Shown here in pieces: positions 7,750 to 16,372 of a stretch of DNA of 31,331 nt (position 1 is its first letter; every line of letters begins with the position of its first letter). The DNA comes from an uncultured Thermoplasmatales archaeon (lineage in GTDB: Archaea > Thermoplasmatota > E2 > DHVEG-1). The position numbers and the translations under genes are program-made. The notes beneath the pieces were generated by a model. It made no database searches. It saw nothing but the letters and a program-made list of their open reading frames with translations, and was not told the DNA's origin. Location of the stretch: contig CAYGVY010000001.1 in assembly GCA_964353435.1 (NCBI GenBank), positions 1 to 31,331 of the forward strand, in the 5' to 3' direction.

Positions 7750-10284
7750 TTATTGTGGATATCCACCTATTTGAAGACTTGGATCTCCGAGTAGCACCCA
7801 TTCTTGGACTTCCTGTGCATCAATGCAATCCCAGCCAAGATCTGGGTACCACCAGCATTCGGGAAGAGTGAAGTCTTTGAAGGCATTGACATAACTTGTT
7901 TGGGTTTGTAGATAGACTTGCCCAAGTGTCTGGTATCCTTCTTGTCCGTAGTGTTGTCCGTATTGTTTGAAGAATTCTGAAGTCATCCATCCATCACCAG
8001 CACCAACAGTACAGAATTCGCCTTCCCAGCCCCATCCAAGACCGGTATTACCCATCGTCGCAATTGAACCGGTGTTGGGAAGTTGAACCATATACCAGCT
8101 CCAACATTGGGGAACCAGATTCCCATACGTCCATATCCCGGTGCTTCGTCCAAGTAGTATTAATTTCCAGACATCCATTGCTGATGGGATAAGTGATACG
8201 TTGAAAAGGCTATTATGGCAACCACCGACAACGGTGATTGGGAACTTGCCAGCGTTTGATAGTTCTTTCATCGGCCAAGGATGATTCTTATCTCCGATAT
8301 AGGGTGCAAATGAATAAAGATTTGATACCACAAGACCATCGACTGAGCCGTATTGACGGTTCCCAGGGATGCCTGGGTATTGATCACCCCAATATCCTGG
8401 GCTGCCATGTCCTGAGAAGAATGCAAATCCATATCCTTCGCTAAATGAACTGATTACATCGGATGGCCCATTGAATTTCCCATTTGAGCACCAGCGGATA
8501 TCTTTGTTGAACTCCCCAGGCATATAGTATAATGCTCCACCACGACCATTAATTGCTTTTTCACCAGTAACCCATTCCCCTTCATAATACATGGGCGTGT
8601 TATTTCTCCAGTCTGAAAACACAACGCCTCCTTGATTGTCTTCAACCCAGACATGAACATTTGTCAAATTCCCGTAGGGTTTTGGATCATACGATTTACC
8701 ACGTATGGTCAGCACTCCGTCAACGTAGGAAACATTTGCCCACCAGAAAAGTGTATTACAGTACGCTTGACCCTCGCTTGGTTCAAAGTTTACATCAGTA
8801 TTTCCAAGTATGTTTCCTTCTGACACAGAGACTATTTCTGCAATAGGCGGCGCTGGATATCCATTTTGTAATATTGGATTGAGATGATCATTATGATTAA
8901 AGGTAATTTGAGATTCAACAGTGCCATCTAATGTGATGTGAATGGCGTCAACTGGTCCTTGGTCTCCTTCAGGGTTAAAACTTTGGGCTTTAATAGTATA
9001 GGCACCATCTGTAAATGCCTTTGTATCCCATTGGATATTTAAATCAAATTGATCAAGGAATCCGTCTCCTGAATATACTACCATTTTCTTAGACCAATCA
9101 GATCCATAGGAAGTTGTCTCATAGGTGATGATTTTGTTCACTACCTCTTGTACTTCCTGCACATCTGAAAATGCTAATCGTCCTACCGCAACATCTGGCA
9201 TGGAGTCGATTATGTCTTCTGGTGTTTCTAATGCTTCTCCAGTAATATCATCTAGATACCACTCACTTAAAATCCCATCTCCATCAGAATCCCATGTTTC
9301 AAATGCGCCTCCTTCTTTATAAATATCCGCATAATATAAATCAGTAACTAGACCTAAATCACCACCTCCATAAATGTTTGAGTAACGAACAGGGATATGC
9401 CACCCAGATGAGCCAATGTTTGCAGTATCTTTTGCCTTCGCATAAATCGTTGATTTTAGTCCACCAGCGAGAAGGACATATTTGATGTTCCATTGTTCAA
9501 GAGCATCTTTAATGAAATATTTGATTTGTTCCGCTTTATCAAAACCATCATACTCAGCATAAATGTCTTCAGTTGTTTTCATGGTGGTTTCAATCCCATA
9601 GGTGTTTTTATGGGTAATAAGAGGTTGTAGTGCATCTGAAAAAACAGCTGGTGCAATGATTACCATATCATAGGTTGTTGTTTGGGGAAATGGTGTTGAT
9701 TCCGGTGAAGTGTAGGTAACGGTTATGTCCGCGGTTTCTGCAATAGTGATAATATTTTGTGCAGGAATATATTGGATCGGATACCAGTGAACTGTCACAT
9801 AGGTTACATGGTCAAAATGTTCGTTGACTCCAACCCCAACATTATATTGATAGGATTCGGATGGATATGGTTCGTTACTTTGGTATATTTGTTCATCTTT
9901 TCTGAGAGGTTGATTATAATTCTCAATTGGAGTCAATGGTATCGGTGCAGGAGACGGTTGAATCTGCTTGTTGATGGTTTGTTGGATTACTTCTGATGAT
10001 GTTAGTTGAACCTGTATGTTTGTTGCACCAAAAGGTAGTTCAAATGTCTGTATAAATTTTGGGAGAATTGGTTTCCCCGGATTTAATAACAGTTGATCGT
10101 TTTGAGAAAAAGAAACGCGAAGATATTGTTCATCTTTTTCTGTTATGATAAGATCAGCAACAGATAGTCTTAGTGTTTTTTGTAACATTTTATATTCACT
10201 ATTATCTGTTGGTTGGATTGCTGCAGCCCCTAGTCCCCCTAGGACAAAACATAAAACAATAATGACTGACGTTAGTTTTTTCAT
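7750..10284 (-). CDS. Secreted peptidase family C25 (gingipain-like) with propeptide and internal insertion
   Basis: Signal peptide MKKLTSVIIVLCFVLGG; propeptide (PGKPILP); IKYFIKDALEQWNIKYVLLAGG, TDLYYADI, PDVAVGRL; catalytic FSGHG and VGGCHN; ends EWVLLGDPSL. GGAGG RBS. Confidence 0.93.
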   Translation of the reverse strand: MKKLTSVIIVLCFVLGGLGAAAIQPTDNSEYKMLQKTLRLSVADLIITEKDEQYLRVSFSQNDQLLLNPGKPILPKFIQTFELPFGATNIQVQLTSSEVIQQTINKQIQPSPAPIPLTPIENYNQPLRKDEQIYQSNEPYPSESYQYNVGVGVNEHFDHVTYVTVHWYPIQYIPAQNIITIAETADITVTYTSPESTPFPQTTTYDMVIIAPAVFSDALQPLITHKNTYGIETTMKTTEDIYAEYDGFDKAEQIKYFIKDALEQWNIKYVLLAGGLKSTIYAKAKDTANIGSSGWHIPVRYSNIYGGGDLGLVTDLYYADIYKEGGAFETWDSDGDGILSEWYLDDITGEALETPEDIIDSMPDVAVGRLAFSDVQEVQEVVNKIITYETTSYGSDWSKKMVVYSGDGFLDQFDLNIQWDTKAFTDGAYTIKAQSFNPEGDQGPVDAIHITLDGTVESQITFNHNDHLNPILQNGYPAPPIAEIVSVSEGNILGNTDVNFEPSEGQAYCNTLFWWANVSYVDGVLTIRGKSYDPKPYGNLTNVHVWVEDNQGGVVFSDWRNNTPMYYEGEWVTGEKAINGRGGALYYMPGEFNKDIRWCSNGKFNGPSDVISSFSEGYGFAFFSGHGSPGYWGDQYPGIPGNRQYGSVDGLVVSNLYSFAPYIGDKNHPWPMKELSNAGKFPITVVGGCHNSLFNVSLIPSAMDVWKLILLGRSTGIWTYGNLVPQCWSWYMVQLPNTGSIATMGNTGLGWGWEGEFCTVGAGDGWMTSEFFKQYGQHYGQEGYQTLGQVYLQTQTSYVNAFKDFTLPECWWYPDLGWDCIDAQEVQEWVLLGDPSLQIGGYPQ

Positions 10285-10295
10285 AATATCCTCCA

Positions 10296-10333
10296 GTTAT
10301 ATTTAAAATTAAATCACTATTGTTATATTTAAA
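10296..10333. repeat. 12-nt direct repeat GTTATATTTAAA upstream of the C25 gene
   Basis: Copies at 10296-10307 and 10322-10333; each reads TTTAAATATAAC on the minus strand. Confidence 0.6.
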
Positions 10334-10636
10334 TCAATCGGTCTTAATGACTTTGAGAGAGAATTCCGTATTCAATCTTTTCTAATGGTTGTCTAGGCTC
10401 GTTTGTCGATGTATGTTATAGGTGTAACAACTTAACAGATTTGAATAAGCGTTATACCGTGCATCTCATAGAATCTTTCTACTACGATGTAAATAGTGGT
10501 AAAGCTGATGCTGTGTTTTATCTCGCTTCATTTTAATATTTTTACGACAGGGGTTAGACCGGGTAAATTTTTTTTCTAAAGCCAACCCATACACGACAAC
10601 CTAAAATAGGGAATAATGAATGGTGGTTACCAAAAA

Positions 10637-10721
10637 GCAGGGGTAGCCAAGCATGGTCAACGGCGCAAGATTCAGAGTCTTGTCCTGTAGAGGTCCGCGA
10701 GTTCAAATCTCGTCCCCTGCA
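10637..10721 (+). tRNA. tRNA-Leu(CAG), no encoded CCA, no intron
   Basis: Acceptor GCAGGGG/CCCCTGC+A; anticodon stem CAAGA/TCTTG with loop TTCAGAG; long variable arm CCT-GTAG-AGG; T-arm GCGAG-TTCAAAT-CTCGT. Confidence 0.97.
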
Positions 10722-10722
10722 C

Positions 10723-10750
10723 TTTTTTTATCCTTTATTTCCAATTTTTT
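10723..10750 (+). terminator. Oligo-T tract after tRNA-Leu
   Basis: TTTTTTTATCCTTTATTTCCAATTTTTT immediately 3' of the tRNA. Confidence 0.5.
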
Positions 10751-10845
10751 ATGTGAACTGACCAAAAGTATGCATTTTTTTACTATTTTGCTTAGGGCGT
10801 TTATTTTAGTAGCTCAAAAAGTCTCAATACATCCCGAAGTATTAT

Positions 10846-11283
10846 CTAAGACACTCTCGTAGTAAAGTGATAGATACCAGAAGTTTTGATCTCTTTTCCG
10901 TCATTCACTGAGACATTCCACCAGTATTTTGTATTGGTACTGCTGAAGTTATTGTTTTTCTGATGACAAGTGCCGTTTACAACCGAGCTATTGACACCAA
11001 AGAGTTCCCAGGAGCCGCTCGAGTTGCTATACCACGAAATCGTCATCGTATCGCCGTTCGCATCATTAACCGTAATGTTCAATGTTGGAGTTGTTGGAAT
11101 ACCTGTGCTCCCATTTGTTGGTCCTTCGTTATTAATTGTTGGGAGATCGTTGTGTGTTATTGAGAAAGTAAACCCTGGTTTGGTGGTAAGAATCTCTGCC
11201 CCATAGAGAAATGTGGCTTGAATTGCTCCTAGCATAATGAGAATCGTTAACCCGATGATGAGAGCAGCCATTTTTTTCTTCAC
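10846..11283 (-). CDS. Secreted/membrane-anchored protein with one Ig/FN3-like beta-sandwich
   Basis: Basic-hydrophobic N-terminus, then P.NGSTGIP..PTLNITVNDANGD.MTISWY...TKYWWNVSVNDG...SGIYHFTT; GTG start overlaps the upstream TGA. Confidence 0.8.
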   Translation of the reverse strand: MKKKMAALIIGLTILIMLGAIQATFLYGAEILTTKPGFTFSITHNDLPTINNEGPTNGSTGIPTTPTLNITVNDANGDTMTISWYSNSSGSWELFGVNSSVVNGTCHQKNNNFSSTNTKYWWNVSVNDGKEIKTSGIYHFTTRVS

Positions 11284-11447
11284 CGCACCAGCTCCGCCTC
11301 GGTCTTCTTCATCAGGATTTCACGCTGTTGGAGCGGGGTGATTGCAAGAAAATCACGGTTTTGAATGTAAGAGGCATCCACGATCTGGTAGGGAAGGGTA
11401 ATAATAATCCTTCTTCCGGATATCCTTGTCTTCCGTATTAACGGCAT
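11280..11447 (-). CDS. AbrB/MazE/SpoVT-like swapped-hairpin DNA-binding protein (55 aa)
   Basis: Below the ORF-track cutoff. MPLIRKTRISGRRIIITLPYQIVDASYIQNRDFLAITPLQQREILMKKTEAELVR; GAGG RBS; TGA overlaps the next GTG (GTGA). Confidence 0.7.
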   Translation of the reverse strand: MPLIRKTRISGRRIIITLPYQIVDASYIQNRDFLAITPLQQREILMKKTEAELVR

Positions 11448-11614
11448 TTCCTCAGCCTTACCATGAAAATATATATGGAATTGTCATTGAGTAAATTCAA
11501 ATAGATTTTTGGTAGTTTTAGTAGTATAAGATTGTATTTTCCTCGTTTGTATATATGATTCACAATTCCTTATATAATTATAGCATCCTCTAATTATTAT
11601 CCGTCAGTATATTT

Positions 11615-12490
11615 TTATTCAGTCCATCCAGGAGTAATCTGAGTTGAAATGGTTATTTTCTCAAGGTCTAAAATAACGTTTGAAATGGGAGGATAAATAA
11701 AAGTTACTGTTACTTGATTTGATGACTTTGTTATGGTGTAATCAGTGTTCTTTACGAGATTTGCTTCAGATAATGTTGAATTCAGAAAATTGAACCATAT
11801 TGTTGGAAATGGAGTAATTATCGCTAAGGATTTTACTAAAGTTATTGGAGTGTTTGTTGATGTTAAATATTCTGTTCGTACTGGATATGTTCCGTAACCG
11901 GTAATAGATGTTTTTTCATCGTTAGGGATTAAATCAATACAAGTGAGTGATAGGTTTACTTGACGAACTGTAGTATTATAGAGCACAGAAAATTCTGGTT
12001 TAATAATAAATACTGACCCTTGAGTTTGATTGAGAATAATCCCCCCAAGTTCATAGTTATAGGCTTGGTTAAGGAAATATGCATTTTCTGATGTATAGCG
12101 AAGGACCCCAAAATTGTCTTCGTACGTATCTCCTACGGTTCGAGTGATTCTATACGCCCATCCATTCGAGATTAACGCGAGTCGACCAAACGCTTTATTT
12201 GACATGAAAAATCCAAGTTCTCTACTGCCTAAGGTAATTGAGGACGATATCGGAACATCTTGTTTGAGAGCAATCTGGGTATCAATAGAAAATTTAAATT
12301 GTGAAAACTGATCTGACACAACACCCATATGTTCAGCTTCTCGGGATTCCATCCATTTTGGAACATAGATCGTTTGAACAATTGAAACCACTGCAAGAAC
12401 AAGTCCAACGATCATGACTGCGACAACGATACCAGCGACTGCTTCATCCTTTTTTTTCATATTTCTTATTATTTTTCGTATATGTTTCAC
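11615..12490 (-). CDS. Pilin-like protein with class III signal peptide (minor pilin / tip component)
   Basis: KKKDEA|VAGIVVAVMIVGLVLAVVSIV then YVPKWMESREAEHM, a pattern typical of archaeal pilus-operon accessory proteins; last gene of the pilus operon. Confidence 0.75.
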   Translation of the reverse strand: MKHIRKIIRNMKKKDEAVAGIVVAVMIVGLVLAVVSIVQTIYVPKWMESREAEHMGVVSDQFSQFKFSIDTQIALKQDVPISSSITLGSRELGFFMSNKAFGRLALISNGWAYRITRTVGDTYEDNFGVLRYTSENAYFLNQAYNYELGGIILNQTQGSVFIIKPEFSVLYNTTVRQVNLSLTCIDLIPNDEKTSITGYGTYPVRTEYLTSTNTPITLVKSLAIITPFPTIWFNFLNSTLSEANLVKNTDYTITKSSNQVTVTFIYPPISNVILDLEKITISTQITPGWTE

Positions 12491-12508
12491 GTTATCACCT
12501 TTTTTTTC

Positions 12509-15500
12509 TTATGGAGGACGATAATAATTGTAATTTTGTATTATTTTTGCTGGTGAAAGTATTGCAGCATAAAGAGAAAATTCATCATAGTAACCGTTGT
12601 ATAATCCAAAGTATAATTGATTTGTTGTCACTTTTATTGGTTTTGAACCAAGAGCAAGCGAGCCGTTAAGGTTGGCATTGATATAGAGGTTCATGGTAGT
12701 TTTATCATAGGTAGTCACAATATAGTTCCAGTTGTTTTTCAAGCGCGCTGAGAGGGTATATGGTATATTATTTGAATCCGTAAAAGTTACGAAAACCTTT
12801 GTCTTATTCGCCTTGACGACGTAGGATCCAGATTTTGAGAGTATTGTGCGGTTGGTTTCACTTAAAGGAATTCGTATCACACATTGGTACAAATCATTGT
12901 TTTTCCCACCATAGATTGCGATATAACTATCGTTGATGAATGGAATTATTTTTATGTCATAGCTGTTTATTCTCGGATTCGTGGAAATTTGAGTTGCACC
13001 ATCAACGGTATCTATGATATCACCATTTTCACCAATCCGTAAGGTTGTGATCCAGCCATAGTATTGATACCAGTTCCAAGGGTCGATGAGGTCTTTTGAG
13101 ATAATGGCATAGACTCGGTCGTAGACTTTGAATATCTCTGGTTGATGAGACATATAATTGTCAGTGTAATATCGTCTAATGAATTCTAGGTAATCAATCC
13201 ATGTTTTACTGATAATGCCATTGTCCGCTATTTTTAGGGTAGTAACATAAGCAATATATCGCCAAGCACCACCGTCATAGACAGTAAACACACAGGTAAA
13301 AATGTTGTTATCAACCTTTGTAATTGTTGGATGATAGCATGAAGTAGTAAATGTCCATGAATCGATTACACTTTTTTTAATTGTACCATTGCTTCCATAG
13401 ATTTTCAGAGTAACTAATCGTCCATAATTACTAGGGTTAAGAGAGTCACGATAAATAATAGTATAAATGTCTCCACTAACAGAAATCATCGATGGTTCTC
13501 GACAGCGAAATAAATTATCAAAAATATAAAAGTCTTGGACACCAAAAATATGTCCGTTGTTGCCTATTTTTATTGTTTTTACTTTTCCTTGTGATGTGCT
13601 ATACATTTGATAGGCTATTGCGTAGATACCGTTGCTCTTGTTTATCGGAATAAATGAGAAAGGCGTATTCATGCAATCAGCATCAAACGTATATCGCTCG
13701 ATGAGTGTGATTCGCCCGGTTGCGTTGATTTTCACTGTTACAATTTTACCATGATTATAGCTTGGTAATATCATATAATGACAATATGCAATTGCATAGA
13801 CCTCATTATTAATCGGGATAATTGTTGGTGCATACGATGCATTATATGTTCCGTTAGTGGAGGTATAACCTTGTTCGATGATGAACGAGTCAGTAAAAGC
13901 TTGTGCTACGGTTTTGCTGGTAGTGTTTACTTGTACTGTTTTTAACATCAATTTCGCATCAATCCCTCTGTAAACATCCGCGACATAGTGACTGTCTGAT
14001 GTAAGAATTTCATCTTCTGCATAGCATTTAAGACCCCCGATTTCTTCCATATCAAGAATAGGATTATTGTGGATGTGTCCATCGTCATGTATCCAAATTG
14101 TTTTAATGATACCGTCACCAGCATCGCTTCGGTACACAATCCCATACACTTCATCATCAATTGGAATGAAATACGATGCTGCACAGAGGAAGGGTTCGAA
14201 AGTCACATCTTTCTTAGATAAAGAAACAATGTTTCCGTTATCTTGAATATGGACTGTTACTATTTTTCCCCAGAGGTTTGCGGTAGGAGAATCGACGCTG
14301 TAGGAAATACCATAATAGTCATTAGCTCCATGTAAAGGAAGAATATGAGGATAGCGAATACTATTACCTGCACTCATTTCAAATGCCATTTGATCAAATG
14401 CTTTTGCAAGAGGCGGAATAGTCCGGCTGAGTGTAATATCACCGTTAGACAATATTTCAATCGTTTTTAAAAATCCTGACTGCCTCAAAATCGGACCTGC
14501 GTAGACAATCGCATACATATCATCATGGACATTGATGATTTCTGGATTCCCACCATCGTCGTCATCAAACCAAACATGGAAAGAAATATCAGATAATATA
14601 CCCGTATTTGTAATTTTCACGGTTCGTAATCCGCCATCATCTCCTACACAATTATAAACGATGACGTAGATATCAAAACTGTCAACGACCTTAATAATTT
14701 CTGGTTCTATCATGATATCCCCAAAAATTAATTTTTGATTCACAGGGGAAATCGTTCCAACATTGGAAATATTTAGAGAAATTAATACCCCGGTGTTCGC
14801 TACGTTTATGCCGTATACTATCGCATATACGTTGTTGCTTGTATAGATAATATCAGGAGCAGATGAAAGACCCGCATCGAGAACACGAGTGTTAATTGCA
14901 GTTTTATTGATACGCCCGTCATTAAAAATTTGCACCGTTTTAATATATAGTTGGTTTCCCACACTTGGTTTAGTGTACACAATAGCTACTATTCCATTAC
15001 CTGCATTTACTTGAATAATTTTTGGGGTTTTACACGAGGCATCAAAATTATAAAAATCAAGATAATACGAAGATGTAGATAGATTCTCAATAATATCTCC
15101 AGCATCTGTTATATTAATTGTACTCAGGAAACCTAACGAATTTTCATTCGTCGAAACAAGAGCATAGATATTACCATTGACAGGGATAATACAAGGATCA
15201 TAACATCCTAATGTATAGTTTCCGAATTGTGATAAAGATGACTGAAGAGGTGTACCAACCAGTCCATCACTGTGTCCAGAACGGTTTATCCATGCCTCAA
15301 TGGTACATTCATTGGTGACGCTCAAGGTATTTGAATTAGCAACTTGACCGTAATCATCAATCCCATCAAAACTTAAAGATTTCGTCGAATGGTTTAATTC
15401 TCCGTTTAATCTTTGAGGTCCACGTATTTCATTTGGGGTAAGAATACCATCATTAGGCGGAAACTGCCCGGAGGAGTCAAAGAGCTTTATTCCTGAAGAT

Positions 15501-16342
15501 TCATCGAAATGCCATATTCCCATTGCATCGATCTGAGTTGTAAAAAGTTTTATTCCCCCAGATTGGTTGAATGTAGAATTACCTGATGTATATTGGATCC
15601 AGGCTTCATAGAGATAATTTTTATTAGACGTGAGATTATAAAGAGTAAATTCATGAAATCCAGAGAAAGGCGCTGCTGTGATATTCAAAAATGGAGTGCG
15701 ATTCCATTGAGGGTCATCAGATCTTTTCCATTGAAACCAAAGTTTGCCAGGAAGATAATTAATCTTAACAAAATTGTAAAATGATTTCAATGTTGCACTA
15801 TGAGGCCAGACATTATAGGGATTTAATGTTTGAACATAGGGGAGGTCACCTCGAGCGCCTTCTTGTACAAGACCAGCCATAATCATAGAATTTGTGTCAG
15901 GATTGATAATTTTAATTTGGATTTCTAAACCAAATAAACTAGCGATAGCCGGAGGAGTAAATATTATCTGTTCACCGATACTCCACTGTCCGTCACCATT
16001 GCTATCAATAACACAATCCTTTGCAGTAACAAAAAAATCTTGTCCACCAACAGTGATAACAAGTTTGGTGTTTAGTGATAAGGGAACACCTCCGTTGTTT
16101 TGTAAATAAACATCTTTTTCATCCGCCGAAGCAATAATTTGTGCTGATGACACGTGATATGTTGATGATGGACTTGTTGCGTTGTTTAAAACGAGTACAT
16201 AAACAATGCATAAAAGAGAGAGACTAATAGATAAAAGTAATATCGTCGCGATAATTTCAGATACTGCTTTGTTGCTTCGTTTGTTTGAAGTATTTTCTCC
16301 TTTGAAATAAGGAAGTAATAATCTTTTTTTATTTATTCTCAT
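12509..16342 (-). CDS. Giant pilin-adhesin, 1277 aa (pilin N-domain + FN3-like + LamG-like split by 14 repeats)
   Basis: NKA|VSEIIATILLL class III signal; WHFDESSG..SLSFDGIDDY..TIEAW (LamG N-half); 14 repeats; SKSGSY..WNYIVTTYD..LYIN..GYYDEF (LamG C-half). Confidence 0.82.
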   Translation of the reverse strand: MRINKKRLLLPYFKGENTSNKRSNKAVSEIIATILLLSISLSLLCIVYVLVLNNATSPSSTYHVSSAQIIASADEKDVYLQNNGGVPLSLNTKLVITVGGQDFFVTAKDCVIDSNGDGQWSIGEQIIFTPPAIASLFGLEIQIKIINPDTNSMIMAGLVQEGARGDLPYVQTLNPYNVWPHSATLKSFYNFVKINYLPGKLWFQWKRSDDPQWNRTPFLNITAAPFSGFHEFTLYNLTSNKNYLYEAWIQYTSGNSTFNQSGGIKLFTTQIDAMGIWHFDESSGIKLFDSSGQFPPNDGILTPNEIRGPQRLNGELNHSTKSLSFDGIDDYGQVANSNTLSVTNECTIEAWINRSGHSDGLVGTPLQSSLSQFGNYTLGCYDPCIIPVNGNIYALVSTNENSLGFLSTINITDAGDIIENLSTSSYYLDFYNFDASCKTPKIIQVNAGNGIVAIVYTKPSVGNQLYIKTVQIFNDGRINKTAINTRVLDAGLSSAPDIIYTSNNVYAIVYGINVANTGVLISLNISNVGTISPVNQKLIFGDIMIEPEIIKVVDSFDIYVIVYNCVGDDGGLRTVKITNTGILSDISFHVWFDDDDGGNPEIINVHDDMYAIVYAGPILRQSGFLKTIEILSNGDITLSRTIPPLAKAFDQMAFEMSAGNSIRYPHILPLHGANDYYGISYSVDSPTANLWGKIVTVHIQDNGNIVSLSKKDVTFEPFLCAASYFIPIDDEVYGIVYRSDAGDGIIKTIWIHDDGHIHNNPILDMEEIGGLKCYAEDEILTSDSHYVADVYRGIDAKLMLKTVQVNTTSKTVAQAFTDSFIIEQGYTSTNGTYNASYAPTIIPINNEVYAIAYCHYMILPSYNHGKIVTVKINATGRITLIERYTFDADCMNTPFSFIPINKSNGIYAIAYQMYSTSQGKVKTIKIGNNGHIFGVQDFYIFDNLFRCREPSMISVSGDIYTIIYRDSLNPSNYGRLVTLKIYGSNGTIKKSVIDSWTFTTSCYHPTITKVDNNIFTCVFTVYDGGAWRYIAYVTTLKIADNGIISKTWIDYLEFIRRYYTDNYMSHQPEIFKVYDRVYAIISKDLIDPWNWYQYYGWITTLRIGENGDIIDTVDGATQISTNPRINSYDIKIIPFINDSYIAIYGGKNNDLYQCVIRIPLSETNRTILSKSGSYVVKANKTKVFVTFTDSNNIPYTLSARLKNNWNYIVTTYDKTTMNLYINANLNGSLALGSKPIKVTTNQLYFGLYNGYYDEFSLYAAILSPAKIIQNYNYYRPP

Positions 16343-16372
16343 TGTTCCTACCTTTCTTTTTTATGATGAAGT

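Noticed and set aside
3809-11478. Recurrent CCATATATAT motif (3809, about 7569, reverse at about 11469) as a shared regulon site
   Set aside because: Low-complexity and best explained as TATA-like promoter sequence; orientation and distance to genes are inconsistent.
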